From NCBI GenBank assembly GCA_964630055.1, contig CAZVRA010000002.1, positions 207,021 to 271,020 of the forward strand: 64,000 nucleotides of DNA, in the 5' to 3' direction. Source of the DNA: an uncultured Candidatus Saccharibacteria bacterium. GTDB taxonomy: Bacteria > Patescibacteriota > Saccharimonadia > Saccharimonadales > CAZVRA01. Shown piece by piece: positions 8,932 through 17,675 of the stretch. Numbering within the stretch: position 1 is the stretch's first letter; the number at the start of each line of letters is the position of its first letter. The notes beneath the pieces were generated by a model that saw nothing but the letters and a program-made list of their open reading frames with translations, had not been told where the DNA came from and searched no databases. A program made the translations under genes and the position numbers.

Positions 8932-9363
8932 CTATTCTACCTCTACACCCATGCTGCGCGCCGTGCCAGCTACCATTTTTTTGACGGAATCGACTTTGTC
9001 GGTGTTCATGTCTTTGGCTTTGGCCTCGGCAATTTCGGTTAGTGCTTGCTGACTAAGTTTTTTGGCGATTTTTTCGCTGTTTGGCTTGCCCGAGCCCTTT
9101 TTGATGCCTAATTTTGCCCTAATAAGGTCGTCTGTTGGTGCACCAACAACTCTAAATTCCATAGAACGATCATCATAAACTGTAATGTGAGCCGTAACTG
9201 TGGCGCCCTGCATGTCTTTGGTGGCTTCGTTAAAAGGATTGATAAAATCCATCATATTAACGCCATACTGACCCAGCGTGCTACCAACTGGTGGTGCGGC
9301 ACTGGCGCGGCCCGCTGGAATGCGCATTTTGAGGTTTGCTTTGACCTGTTTTTTACTTGCCAT
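8932..9363 (-). CDS. rplK: 50S ribosomal protein L11
   Basis: Start at ATG 9363 (MASKKQVKANLKMRIPAGRASAAPPVGSTLGQYGVN), a typical L11 N-terminus. Confidence 0.95.
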   Translation of the reverse strand: MASKKQVKANLKMRIPAGRASAAPPVGSTLGQYGVNMMDFINPFNEATKDMQGATVTAHITVYDDRSMEFRVVGAPTDDLIRAKLGIKKGSGKPNSEKIAKKLSQQALTEIAEAKAKDMNTDKVDSVKKMVAGTARSMGVEVE

Positions 9364-9500
9364 ATTTTCTATACTCCTGGTAACTAGTAAGATTGCTTGT
9401 GTGATGCCGGGGAAGCAAGCCGGCCGCACGTGCGTAACTTATACATTATATAACAGCTAGACCATTTTGTCACGCTCATTGATGCGTTTTAAAGCGCGGC

Positions 9501-10043
9501 TTAAACACGCTTTACTTGCAGGCTGTCTAGCTCGACTGGAGTTTCGCGGCCAAACATATTGACCAGTACTTTAAGCTTGCCTTTTTGTAGGTCTATTTCG
9601 TTGATTGTGCCATCGAAGCTTTTGAATGGTCCGTCGATAATGTTAACCACATCGCCAATTTTGTAGTCGATCTTGTGCTTGGGCTGTTCAAGGCCCATTC
9701 GCTTGTTGATTTTGTCCATTTCCTCCTGGCTGACCGGAGTTGGATCACTGCCGGTACCAACAAAACCGGTCACGCTTGGCGTGTTGCGGACAATATACCA
9801 GGCGTCTTCGCTGAGTTTCATTTCGACCAGTACATAACCTTGGAAAATGCGTTTTTCGACAACTTTGCGCTTGCCGTTTTTAATTTCGATCATTTTTTCT
9901 TTGGGCACGAGGACTTTAAAAATTTTGTCCTTCATGTCTAAGCTGTCGGCTCTTTGACGGATAGATTCGGCCACCTTTTCTTCGTAGCCACTGTAAGTGT
10001 GGATTGCGTACCAGTGGCGAGTTGTGTCGTATCTTTTGGTCAT
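9501..10043 (-). CDS. nusG: transcription termination/antitermination factor NusG
   Basis: 180 aa. WYAIHTYSGYE NGN start and a C-terminal KOW (GDVVNIIDGPFKSFDG). Sits in the secE-nusG-rplK order. Confidence 0.95.
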   Translation of the reverse strand: MTKRYDTTRHWYAIHTYSGYEEKVAESIRQRADSLDMKDKIFKVLVPKEKMIEIKNGKRKVVEKRIFQGYVLVEMKLSEDAWYIVRNTPSVTGFVGTGSDPTPVSQEEMDKINKRMGLEQPKHKIDYKIGDVVNIIDGPFKSFDGTINEIDLQKGKLKVLVNMFGRETPVELDSLQVKRV

Positions 10044-10066
10044 AAAATTCGCTCCTTATTTTTGCT

Positions 10067-10489
10067 TTACTTGAGAATGAATTGTTTAAATAGTTTGTCC
10101 AGGCCGTAGTCGACAACGGCAATTAACAGGCCAAAAACAATCGCAAAGGCAAAAACTGCCAAAGTTAGCTGGCGAGTCTCGCGGCGGTCTGGCCAAGTGA
10201 CGTCTTTGAGCTCTTGCCAGGCACTTATAAAGTAGTTAATTAGCAAAACTTTTGCCAAAAATCTGCCAACTGCTCGCAGGGCACGTGTTCTTAGCGGCCA
10301 AGTTACGATGCGCGCTACAGGTTTAAATGGTCTAAACACAGCTTTTACAAATCTTAATAGGTAGCGCCAAATTGTCATTGGCACAGTTGCGCTTGCCCTT
10401 AGGTGGCGCCTTTTGGGGCGAGCGTTGCCTTTTGACCGCTCGCGGACTGTTAAATCAGATTTCTTTGTCTTCTTCTGAGTTTGGTTCAT
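10067..10489 (-). CDS. secE: preprotein translocase subunit SecE with basic N-terminal extension
   Basis: The C-terminal ELKDVTWPDRRETRQLTLAVFAFAIVFGLLIAVVDYGL is SecE-like. The ORF-track start is TTG, so I chose ATG 10489 (MNQTQKK). Confidence 0.8.
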   Translation of the reverse strand: MNQTQKKTKKSDLTVRERSKGNARPKRRHLRASATVPMTIWRYLLRFVKAVFRPFKPVARIVTWPLRTRALRAVGRFLAKVLLINYFISAWQELKDVTWPDRRETRQLTLAVFAFAIVFGLLIAVVDYGLDKLFKQFILK

Positions 10490-10541
10490 TTTATACTTCT
10501 TGTAAGTGTTGATTGATCTTTGTAGAAAATTCAACTTTTAA

Positions 10542-10571
10542 ATAAAAAAGAACTATCAAATGAGATAGTTC
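10542..10571 (-). terminator. intrinsic terminator downstream of the histidine kinase gene
   Basis: The minus strand reads GAACTATC-tcattt-GATAGTTC followed by TTTTTTAT. Confidence 0.55.
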
Positions 10572-10646
10572 CGACACCTGTCAATATAACGTAAAAACGC
10601 GCATCAGTCAAGCGCTAACCCGTAGAGAGCCTTTTGCTGGCCTTTT

Positions 10647-11783
10647 TTAGCGGGCTGATCGTTGAATGTTGGGGACGTATATGCTAAAGCACGAGCCCTC
10701 ATTTAGCTGGCTTTCTATTTCTACTCTGGCTTTTATGATGCGCGAAAGTTTGGCGGTTACGTATAGCCCTAGTCCTGTACCACCAGTGGTGCGAGTCCGG
10801 TAGTCCTCGCTTCTAAAAAACTTTTCGAAGACCTTTTTTTGGTCAGCTTTACTTATGCCTATGCCTGTGTCACGAACAAAAATGGCTGCCCCGCCGCTGA
10901 ACGGCTTGGCTTCTATGGTGACGCTGCCTTTTAGAGTGTATTTAATGCTATTGGTTACAAAGTTTTGCAGAATTTCGCGAAGGTACAGTTCGCTGGTGTG
11001 CAAAAGCTCAAGTTTACGACTAACACTAGTAAATAGCTGCAAACCCTTTTTGGCAGCAACCGGCTCGTACTCGCTTTGCAGGCGATGAATCAGATCATGC
11101 AGGTTGATATCGGTGGTTTCTAGCGCCAATTGCCCACGTTCTGCGCGCGATAGCATAGATAAGTCGTTAATCATGCCAGACAAAAAAGCTATTTGGTCAT
11201 GGGCTTGTTTTATGGTGTTTTTTATTGCCTCAATATCCTGGTTTTTTTCGGCAATAAATAAGGCATTGCCCAGATTGCCCTCAGCAATAGCTACCGGTGT
11301 GCGCAGCTCATGGCTGACCACACTTATAAACTCATCACGCTCTTCTTCGAGTGACTTTTCGTGAGTTATGTCGCGCAGCACAACAACAAATCCTTGATTG
11401 GCACTTTTTCCGTAACCGGTATGCACCGGAGCAACACTTATATGTATATTAATAGCGCTACCGTCGGGATAGTTAAGCACGTAATCGCGCGACACCCAGG
11501 CCACCCGTATATTGCGAACTATTTTTTTGAGATCAAGTTTTTTGTTGTTATTGTCTACAAGATTAAGAACTTCGGTGATGGCAACGCCAGCTCTTAATAT
11601 GTTGGTGTTTAGTATGTTAAGCGCCGATCCGTTATAAATAATCACTTTTAGCTTATCGTCAAGTGCAATTACTCCGGCTGTCATGCTGTTGATTAGGCTA
11701 GTAAGCCGTTCGCGCTCCAGGCTTGCGGCATCGTAGCTGTCGGAAGATTTCTTGGAGCTATTGATAGTAGCTTGTTTTGCCAT
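10647..11783 (-). CDS. sensor histidine kinase (PAS + HisKA + HATPase_c), no cognate response regulator adjacent
   Basis: H-box VVSHELRTPV, N-box EILQNFVTNSIKYT, G-boxes VRDTGIGI and GGTGLGLYV. ATG 11783 preferred over the GTG at 11789. Confidence 0.88.
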   Translation of the reverse strand: MAKQATINSSKKSSDSYDAASLERERLTSLINSMTAGVIALDDKLKVIIYNGSALNILNTNILRAGVAITEVLNLVDNNNKKLDLKKIVRNIRVAWVSRDYVLNYPDGSAINIHISVAPVHTGYGKSANQGFVVVLRDITHEKSLEEERDEFISVVSHELRTPVAIAEGNLGNALFIAEKNQDIEAIKNTIKQAHDQIAFLSGMINDLSMLSRAERGQLALETTDINLHDLIHRLQSEYEPVAAKKGLQLFTSVSRKLELLHTSELYLREILQNFVTNSIKYTLKGSVTIEAKPFSGGAAIFVRDTGIGISKADQKKVFEKFFRSEDYRTRTTGGTGLGLYVTAKLSRIIKARVEIESQLNEGSCFSIYVPNIQRSAR

Positions 11784-11846
11784 GAGCACAGTATGTCATA
11801 ACGTCAACCAAACTTCTATACCATAAAAGGAATCAAGCTAATTTTG

Positions 11847-12560
11847 CTACAGATCGGGTGCGGCAAAAATGTTGGGCCTAAACTGTTTTAAGCGTTTTTT
11901 TAAGTTTTTAGAGTCTGGGCAGGCTATTTCTAGGCGTTCCCAAAAATCTGCATGGTGATGCATATGTTCGGTGTGGGTTAATTCATGGAGCAAAACATAA
12001 TCAATTAATCCCCAGGGCAGCTGAAGCAAAAAAATATTAATTGTTATGTGCTTTTTGCTGTCACAACTGCCCCACCTGGTCTTGAGTTTGCGCACTGAAC
12101 TGCTATTAAAACTAAAGCCATGCTGGGCGGCTAAACTACTCAAACGTGGTCGCAAGACAATATTGCTTTCTTTTTGCAGGATTTTTTCGGCAGCTTTTAG
12201 GGCGGTCGCCTGAACTGCCGGGCTGCTTGGAGCTTGGTTTTTGGGAACATTAATATTAAGTAAATTACCCGAAGCTCGGCTAGTTGGCTGGATGACTGAT
12301 TTGCCTTCGGCAAAGTTCAGCCTGTGAAGTTTGCCAATAGGCATGCCGGTTTTTAGTAGTTGAGTAATTGGTCGTTTTTGGGTTATCCATTGTTTTTGGC
12401 TTAGCACAAACTGCCTAGCAAAAATTAACGGTACCAGTGGCGGTAATGTGACGCGTAGCGAGCCATCGGGTCCAATACTAATACAGGCATGCTTGGCTCG
12501 GACGTTGTGTCTAACCAAAACCTGGCCAATGCCTTCGATATCGATATATTTTTTGGCCAT
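11847..12560 (-). CDS. YgjP/DUF45-like metal-dependent hydrolase
   Basis: 237 aa with C-terminal HELTHTEHMHH..FW (HExxH) in the arrangement typical of the DUF45/M48-like family. Confidence 0.7.
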   Translation of the reverse strand: MAKKYIDIEGIGQVLVRHNVRAKHACISIGPDGSLRVTLPPLVPLIFARQFVLSQKQWITQKRPITQLLKTGMPIGKLHRLNFAEGKSVIQPTSRASGNLLNINVPKNQAPSSPAVQATALKAAEKILQKESNIVLRPRLSSLAAQHGFSFNSSSVRKLKTRWGSCDSKKHITINIFLLQLPWGLIDYVLLHELTHTEHMHHHADFWERLEIACPDSKNLKKRLKQFRPNIFAAPDL

Positions 12561-12593
12561 AAAATTACTGCCAGATGTTTTTAGTAAACGCTA

Positions 12594-13259
12594 TTAACGA
12601 ATCATAATGTTGCGCCGAGACTGATCGACCCGACCCGCCATAGGAGTCGGCACCAAATTAACCATGCCCGGCTTAACAACATTAGCAGTGGTAGCGGCAG
12701 TATTAATAATGCCTAGCTCATAAAGTTTTTTGATTATGGCGCTGCGCTGGGTGTTAAAGGTGTGCTTGCCGCTAATAACCATAAAGTCTTCGTCGTGCGG
12801 GTTTTGCATGTAGCCAATTGCGCTATCAAAGCCAGCTCTATCATAGTTACGCGCATATTTATCTTCGGTGCGGCGTCGGTCTCGCTTTCCAAGCCGCGCG
12901 AAAGCACTATCAACATCTATTTGCAGCCAAACAAGCAGAGGCTGGGCTTTGCTTTTATGGGCAAGATTACGTAGCTCGCGGCGGACTGCTAATCGGTCGG
13001 TGTTGGTGTCAAAAATTACGCTCAAGCCAGCTCGCATAAATTCCTCGGCCATATAGACCATCAAATGATCAACCACTCTATCTTCTTCTTGGTCAAAACG
13101 GGGTTCATTAAATAATTCACCGCGCAAGCGGTCACTACTAAGGTGCGCGGCGGCAATGGTGTCGGCCAGCTGCTTGGCAACGTGTGTTTTACCTGCACCG
13201 GGGTAGCCGTAGAGCATAATAAAAACAGGTTTGGTGGTTGTTATGGGGTACTTTGTCAT
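12594..13259 (-). CDS. P-loop ATPase/kinase (AAA_33/zeta-toxin-like fold, function unknown)
   Basis: Walker A LYGYPGAGKTHVAKQL near the N-terminus, 221 aa. Confidence 0.65.
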   Translation of the reverse strand: MTKYPITTTKPVFIMLYGYPGAGKTHVAKQLADTIAAAHLSSDRLRGELFNEPRFDQEEDRVVDHLMVYMAEEFMRAGLSVIFDTNTDRLAVRRELRNLAHKSKAQPLLVWLQIDVDSAFARLGKRDRRRTEDKYARNYDRAGFDSAIGYMQNPHDEDFMVISGKHTFNTQRSAIIKKLYELGIINTAATTANVVKPGMVNLVPTPMAGRVDQSRRNIMIR

Positions 13260-13371
13260 AACGTCTTACTATTGTATATCAGATTATGGCAAAAATGAAA
13301 ACTTTGTTTTTATGACAGGCTGCAAAATTATAGTGACAATAGTTTTGTATACAAGTATAATGTACGTCAAT

Positions 13372-13448
13372 AGGGGTGTAGCTCAGTTGGCTAGAGCGTC
13401 GGTCTCCAAAACCGAAGGTCGCGGGTTCGAGCCCCTCCACCCCTGCCA
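13372..13448 (+). tRNA. tRNA-Trp (CCA)
   Basis: Acceptor AGGGGTG/CACCCCT, D-arm GCTC..GAGC, anticodon stem TCGGT/ACCGA with loop CTCCAAA, T-loop TTCGAGC, encoded CCA. One C:T mismatch in my T-stem fold. Confidence 0.85.
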
Positions 13449-13701
13449 TAACGACTGTGAAGCGTGCTGATAGATAGTATCCAACGGCTTTAACAGGTTA
13501 AAAGTATCTGTAGCTTACGTTGGTGGAAAACAAAATCGGCTTCCTATTTTTTTAAATTGTAGGTATTCTTCCTGAGTAATGACCTGCAACTCGGCTAGTA
13601 ATCGTGCTAAGTAATATAAAAAAGAGACAGTGAGTTAGACCTTTTGCTAACTGTGTTATAGAATTAGACCATTACTAACGTGGTGGGTTGGAGGTATCAA
13701 A

Positions 13702-14415
13702 ATGGCGGAATTACCAGCCCGAGAACGTATCATTTTAGCGATTGACACGTCTCGTGAAGAAGACGCAGAGCGACTTGCTACTGTTGCCCAAGAAGCAGGA
13801 GCACGCTTTGTAAAACTGGGTTTGGAATTATCAAGTGCCACTAGCTGGCGCTATTGTTCGGAGCTTGCTGCGTCGCACGGTTTAGACTGGGTTGCTGACG
13901 CAAAGCTAGACGACATACCCAATACAGTCGTTGGAGCAGTAAAGAACATTAAAGGACTAGAGCACCCGCCCTTTGGTATCACTATGCACACTACATCAGG
14001 CATTGAAGCTATGCGTGCCGCCCAAGAAGAAGCCGAAGGTATTAAAATGCTAGGTGTTACCGTATTAACCTCTATCAAAGAAGATGAGGTAGAAAAGCTA
14101 TACCGAGTGCCTGTAGGTCAGAAAGTTATGGAGCTTGCTCGTGATGCAGTCGGTGCCGGTGTTCTAGGTTTCGTTTCATCGCCTCTTGAAGTTGGAACAA
14201 TTAAAGGCGACCCTGAGACACAATGCCTATTCGCGATGATACCTGGCACACGCTCTGCAATGGCTGAACACGCAGACCAAGCTCGTGTTGGCACACCTGC
14301 AGCTGCGATTAAAGACGGTGCAGATTTGCTAGTAATTGGCCGGCAAATTACCCAAGCAGAAGATCCTGCTCAAGCCTATGAAGCTCTTGTGGCTGAAATT
14401 GAAGGGGCTATGTAA
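13702..14415 (+). CDS. pyrF: orotidine 5'-phosphate decarboxylase
   Basis: 237 aa. ILAIDTS...FVKLG...ADAKLDDIPNTV motifs and a GGAGG SD upstream. Confidence 0.85.
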   Translation: MAELPARERIILAIDTSREEDAERLATVAQEAGARFVKLGLELSSATSWRYCSELAASHGLDWVADAKLDDIPNTVVGAVKNIKGLEHPPFGITMHTTSGIEAMRAAQEEAEGIKMLGVTVLTSIKEDEVEKLYRVPVGQKVMELARDAVGAGVLGFVSSPLEVGTIKGDPETQCLFAMIPGTRSAMAEHADQARVGTPAAAIKDGADLLVIGRQITQAEDPAQAYEALVAEIEGAM

Positions 14416-15122
14416 TGGCATTACCTGAGCACCAAGAAGAACAAATAGCCGTAGGCATGTTTGATAGAGGCTTGCTTGGTTTTCCAGAAGGCGGTATTAA
14501 GCTAAAATCTGGTCGCCAGTCGCCGTATTATTACAACATGCGGGGCAGTTTATCTTTTAGCAAACAACTAGACCGGACTGGTCAAATGAGCCTTGAGCAG
14601 CAAGGTTATTTTAGGCGTGCCTTGGCGGCGGGCTATGCGGCCAAATTCTTTGAAATTAAACACCCAATTGACCACGTTTTTGGCAAGGCACAGGCTGCCA
14701 CCGCACCAGCTGCTGTAGCTGCCTACGAAGCCGGCTTGTCATACCTTTGGGAGCGAGTAGATGAGCCGCACAAAACATACGGTTATCATCAAAAAATTGA
14801 GGGCGATTATGAAGCCGATGATGCGGTTCTTATGGCCGACGATGTTGCGACTGACGGTAAATCAAAAGTAGAAGGTTCGCAGGTGTTGACCGCTGTCGGT
14901 CTTAAGCCTGTTGCTATAACTTTGCAGTTTGACCGCGAAGAAGGCGGCGTGCAAACACTTGAGAATGACTATGGCTTTGAGGTTAACTCAGTCACTACCC
15001 TGACAAAAGCGGCTCGCTTTTTGCTAGATAATGGGCGGATTAACAACGCCGCTATAGACGCCCTGCAGTCATACCACGCAGAGCTTAAGGCCAGTGGCCA
15101 GCCGACGACTTTTAGTTTTTAA
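14415..15122 (+). CDS. pyrE: orotate phosphoribosyltransferase
   Basis: 235 aa. LKSGRQSPYYYN and the PRPP-binding VLMADDVATDGKSK. Its start overlaps the pyrF stop (TAATG). Confidence 0.85.
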   Translation: MALPEHQEEQIAVGMFDRGLLGFPEGGIKLKSGRQSPYYYNMRGSLSFSKQLDRTGQMSLEQQGYFRRALAAGYAAKFFEIKHPIDHVFGKAQAATAPAAVAAYEAGLSYLWERVDEPHKTYGYHQKIEGDYEADDAVLMADDVATDGKSKVEGSQVLTAVGLKPVAITLQFDREEGGVQTLENDYGFEVNSVTTLTKAARFLLDNGRINNAAIDALQSYHAELKASGQPTTFSF

Positions 15123-15204
15123 TGCCCCAGATTAAAGGATTAGCCAGCCATTGCGCTTGCGCCTATAACGGCGTACAATAAATCTATATATAGGAAAATT
15201 GCGC

Positions 15205-16470
15205 ATGAGGGTATTAATGCTTGGTTGGGAGCTACCGCCTCATTATGTAGGCGGCATGGGTATAGTTTGCGATCAGCTGACTCGTCAAATGGCCAAAGAC
15301 GGTGTGGATATCGAATTTATCTTGCCTTTTTACGCCGATTATTCGCATATCAAGCACATGAAGGTTACGGCCGCCGTTGACCAAAACTATGACTCATTAG
15401 CTAATAGTGGTAGTACTTATGACTCAAATTTATATCAGCTAATCCAAGGTAGCCAACAAACTGGCAATTTTTTGTACGAGCAAGTCGAAAATTTTGCGAC
15501 CAGCGTTGGGCGAATTGTCAAGCGCGGCGAGTACGACGTTATTCATGCCCACGACTGGCTAACAATTCGGGCTGGGATTTTGGCCAAAAAAGTCAGCGGC
15601 TTGCCGTTATTTTTGCATGTTCACGCCACAGAATACGACCGCGCCGCTGGCCAGCCAGGCAACCCACTGGTTAGCGAGATCGAATACGTCGGCATGCAAA
15701 TGGCCGACCATATTTTTGCGGTTAGCCAGCGGACTAAGCAGGATATTGTCGAGCACTACGATGTTGCGCCAAGCAAAATCACAGTGGCCGAAAACGTGTT
15801 GAATATTTCGCCGGACATGATGGCCGAAGCTCACGACAGCTACCCGTATCTGGAGGCCATGCGCCAAGTCGGCTATAAAATAGTTGTCAATGCCGGCCGC
15901 ATGACTATTCAAAAAGGCATTATGCAACTTTTGGACGCTGCCAGGCTAGTTGTGGACAAGCGTCCGCGGACTCTGTTTTTGTTAGCTGGCGGCGGCGAGC
16001 AAATACCCGAATTGCAAATGAAGGCCGCAGCGCTGGGGCTGTCCGGCAACGTCATTTTTACCGGTCGTCTAGAAGGTGTTGGCAAACAGTGGCGCGATAG
16101 TTTTAGAGTGGCGGACCTGTTTGTGATGCCATCCGTTTCGGAGCCGCTGGGCATTACGCCGTACGAGGCTATTGCTTACGGTGCGCCGGCGCTGGTTAGC
16201 AAGCAGTCGGGCATTTCCGAGGTTCTAACCAATATTTTAAAGGTAGATTATTGGGACACAAACCAAATGGCTAATCAGATTTTGGCGGTCCTTGGCAACC
16301 AAGATCTCCACGACACGCTACTTGCTAACGCACGAGCCGAATATTCCAAACTGAGCTGGGCGCCCATTGCCTCTCGGATATACGATCGTTACCAAAAAGC
16401 TTGCCAGCGCCACGACATGCGCCTTCGCGGGGCCGGCAACCATAAGCATTTGCGTGGAGCACTAGCATGA
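15205..16470 (+). CDS. glycosyltransferase (glycogen/alpha-glucan synthase-like, GT-B fold)
   Basis: MRVLMLGWELPPHYVGGMGIV N-terminus and the C-terminal EPLGITPYEAIAYGAP motif of retaining GT4/GT5-type synthases. Confidence 0.8.
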   Translation: MRVLMLGWELPPHYVGGMGIVCDQLTRQMAKDGVDIEFILPFYADYSHIKHMKVTAAVDQNYDSLANSGSTYDSNLYQLIQGSQQTGNFLYEQVENFATSVGRIVKRGEYDVIHAHDWLTIRAGILAKKVSGLPLFLHVHATEYDRAAGQPGNPLVSEIEYVGMQMADHIFAVSQRTKQDIVEHYDVAPSKITVAENVLNISPDMMAEAHDSYPYLEAMRQVGYKIVVNAGRMTIQKGIMQLLDAARLVVDKRPRTLFLLAGGGEQIPELQMKAAALGLSGNVIFTGRLEGVGKQWRDSFRVADLFVMPSVSEPLGITPYEAIAYGAPALVSKQSGISEVLTNILKVDYWDTNQMANQILAVLGNQDLHDTLLANARAEYSKLSWAPIASRIYDRYQKACQRHDMRLRGAGNHKHLRGALA

Positions 16471-17675
16471 GCCGAGCGATTGTTTTGTACCTGCATGTTC
16501 ATCAGCCTTTTCGGGTACGCAGCTACAGTATTTTTGACGCCGGGGTTAACCATAATTACTTTGATGCGCCATCTGGCAGCCGAGAAAACAACGCCGATAT
16601 TGTTCGCAAAGTGGCCCAAAAATCGTACCTCCCAACCAATCGCTGCTTGCAGCGCATGCTGGACACTCACCCCGATTTTAAATTGTCGATGTCAATTAGC
16701 GGTGTGGCGCTAGAGCAATTCGAAAAATTCGCACCAGATGTGCTGGACAGTTTTAAGCAGCTGGTGGCCACTGGCCGGGTCGAGCTGGTCGCCGAGACGT
16801 ATCATCATAGCCTGGCCTTTTTTTACAATCGGGACGAGTTCGAAATTCAGGTAAAAATGCACCGCCAGAAAATCCAGGAAATTTTTGGTGTCACACCAAC
16901 GGCCTTTCGCGGCACCGAGCTAACCTACAATAACGAGCTGGCCCATTGGGCCGACCAGGCGGGCTACCAGGTGATTTTGAGCGAGGGCTGGGACCCAGTG
17001 CTGGGTTGGCGCAGCCCAAATTTTGTTTATCGCCCGGCGCACACCCAAAATATTAAATTGCTGTGCAAAAATTACAAGCTCAGCGACGATATCGCTTTTA
17101 GGTTTGGCAACAAACAATGGCCCGAATACCCGCTAACCATTAGCAAATACATCAGTTGGTTAAACGTCAGTTGGGATCAGCCGCTAATTAATTTGTTTAT
17201 GGATTACGAAACTTTTGGTGAGCATCAATGGGAAGACACCGGAATATTCGACTTTTTGGAGGCCCTGCCTGGCGCCTGGCTGCACGGCCAAGACCACATT
17301 TTTATGACTTTAACAGAGGCGGCCAACCATTTTGAGCCAGCCGACACTGTCGATTGCCCGCAGACAATAACCTGGGCCGACACCGAGCGCGATCTAACTG
17401 CTTGGCTTGGCAACCAGATGCAGCAAGGTGCTATTGCCTCGCTTTATGGCTTGACCGAACCAATCCTCAAAACTGGCGACCTGGGTCTGATCGAGGATTG
17501 GCGCAAACTCCAGACCTCGGATCATTTTTACTACATGTGCACAAAGTGGTTCAACGACGGTGATGTTCATGCCTATTTTAGTCCTTATGAGTCGCCGTAT
17601 ATTGCAAATATCAATTTTATGAATGCTTATCATGACCTTCGGGCGCGATTAATTGAGCATGGACAGGAGGTTTAA
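16467..17675 (+). CDS. glycoside hydrolase family 57 protein
   Basis: LYLHVHQPFRV N-terminus and the MDYETFGEHQW motif are typical of GH57. Overlaps the upstream gene as ATGA. Confidence 0.8.
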   Translation: MSRAIVLYLHVHQPFRVRSYSIFDAGVNHNYFDAPSGSRENNADIVRKVAQKSYLPTNRCLQRMLDTHPDFKLSMSISGVALEQFEKFAPDVLDSFKQLVATGRVELVAETYHHSLAFFYNRDEFEIQVKMHRQKIQEIFGVTPTAFRGTELTYNNELAHWADQAGYQVILSEGWDPVLGWRSPNFVYRPAHTQNIKLLCKNYKLSDDIAFRFGNKQWPEYPLTISKYISWLNVSWDQPLINLFMDYETFGEHQWEDTGIFDFLEALPGAWLHGQDHIFMTLTEAANHFEPADTVDCPQTITWADTERDLTAWLGNQMQQGAIASLYGLTEPILKTGDLGLIEDWRKLQTSDHFYYMCTKWFNDGDVHAYFSPYESPYIANINFMNAYHDLRARLIEHGQEV

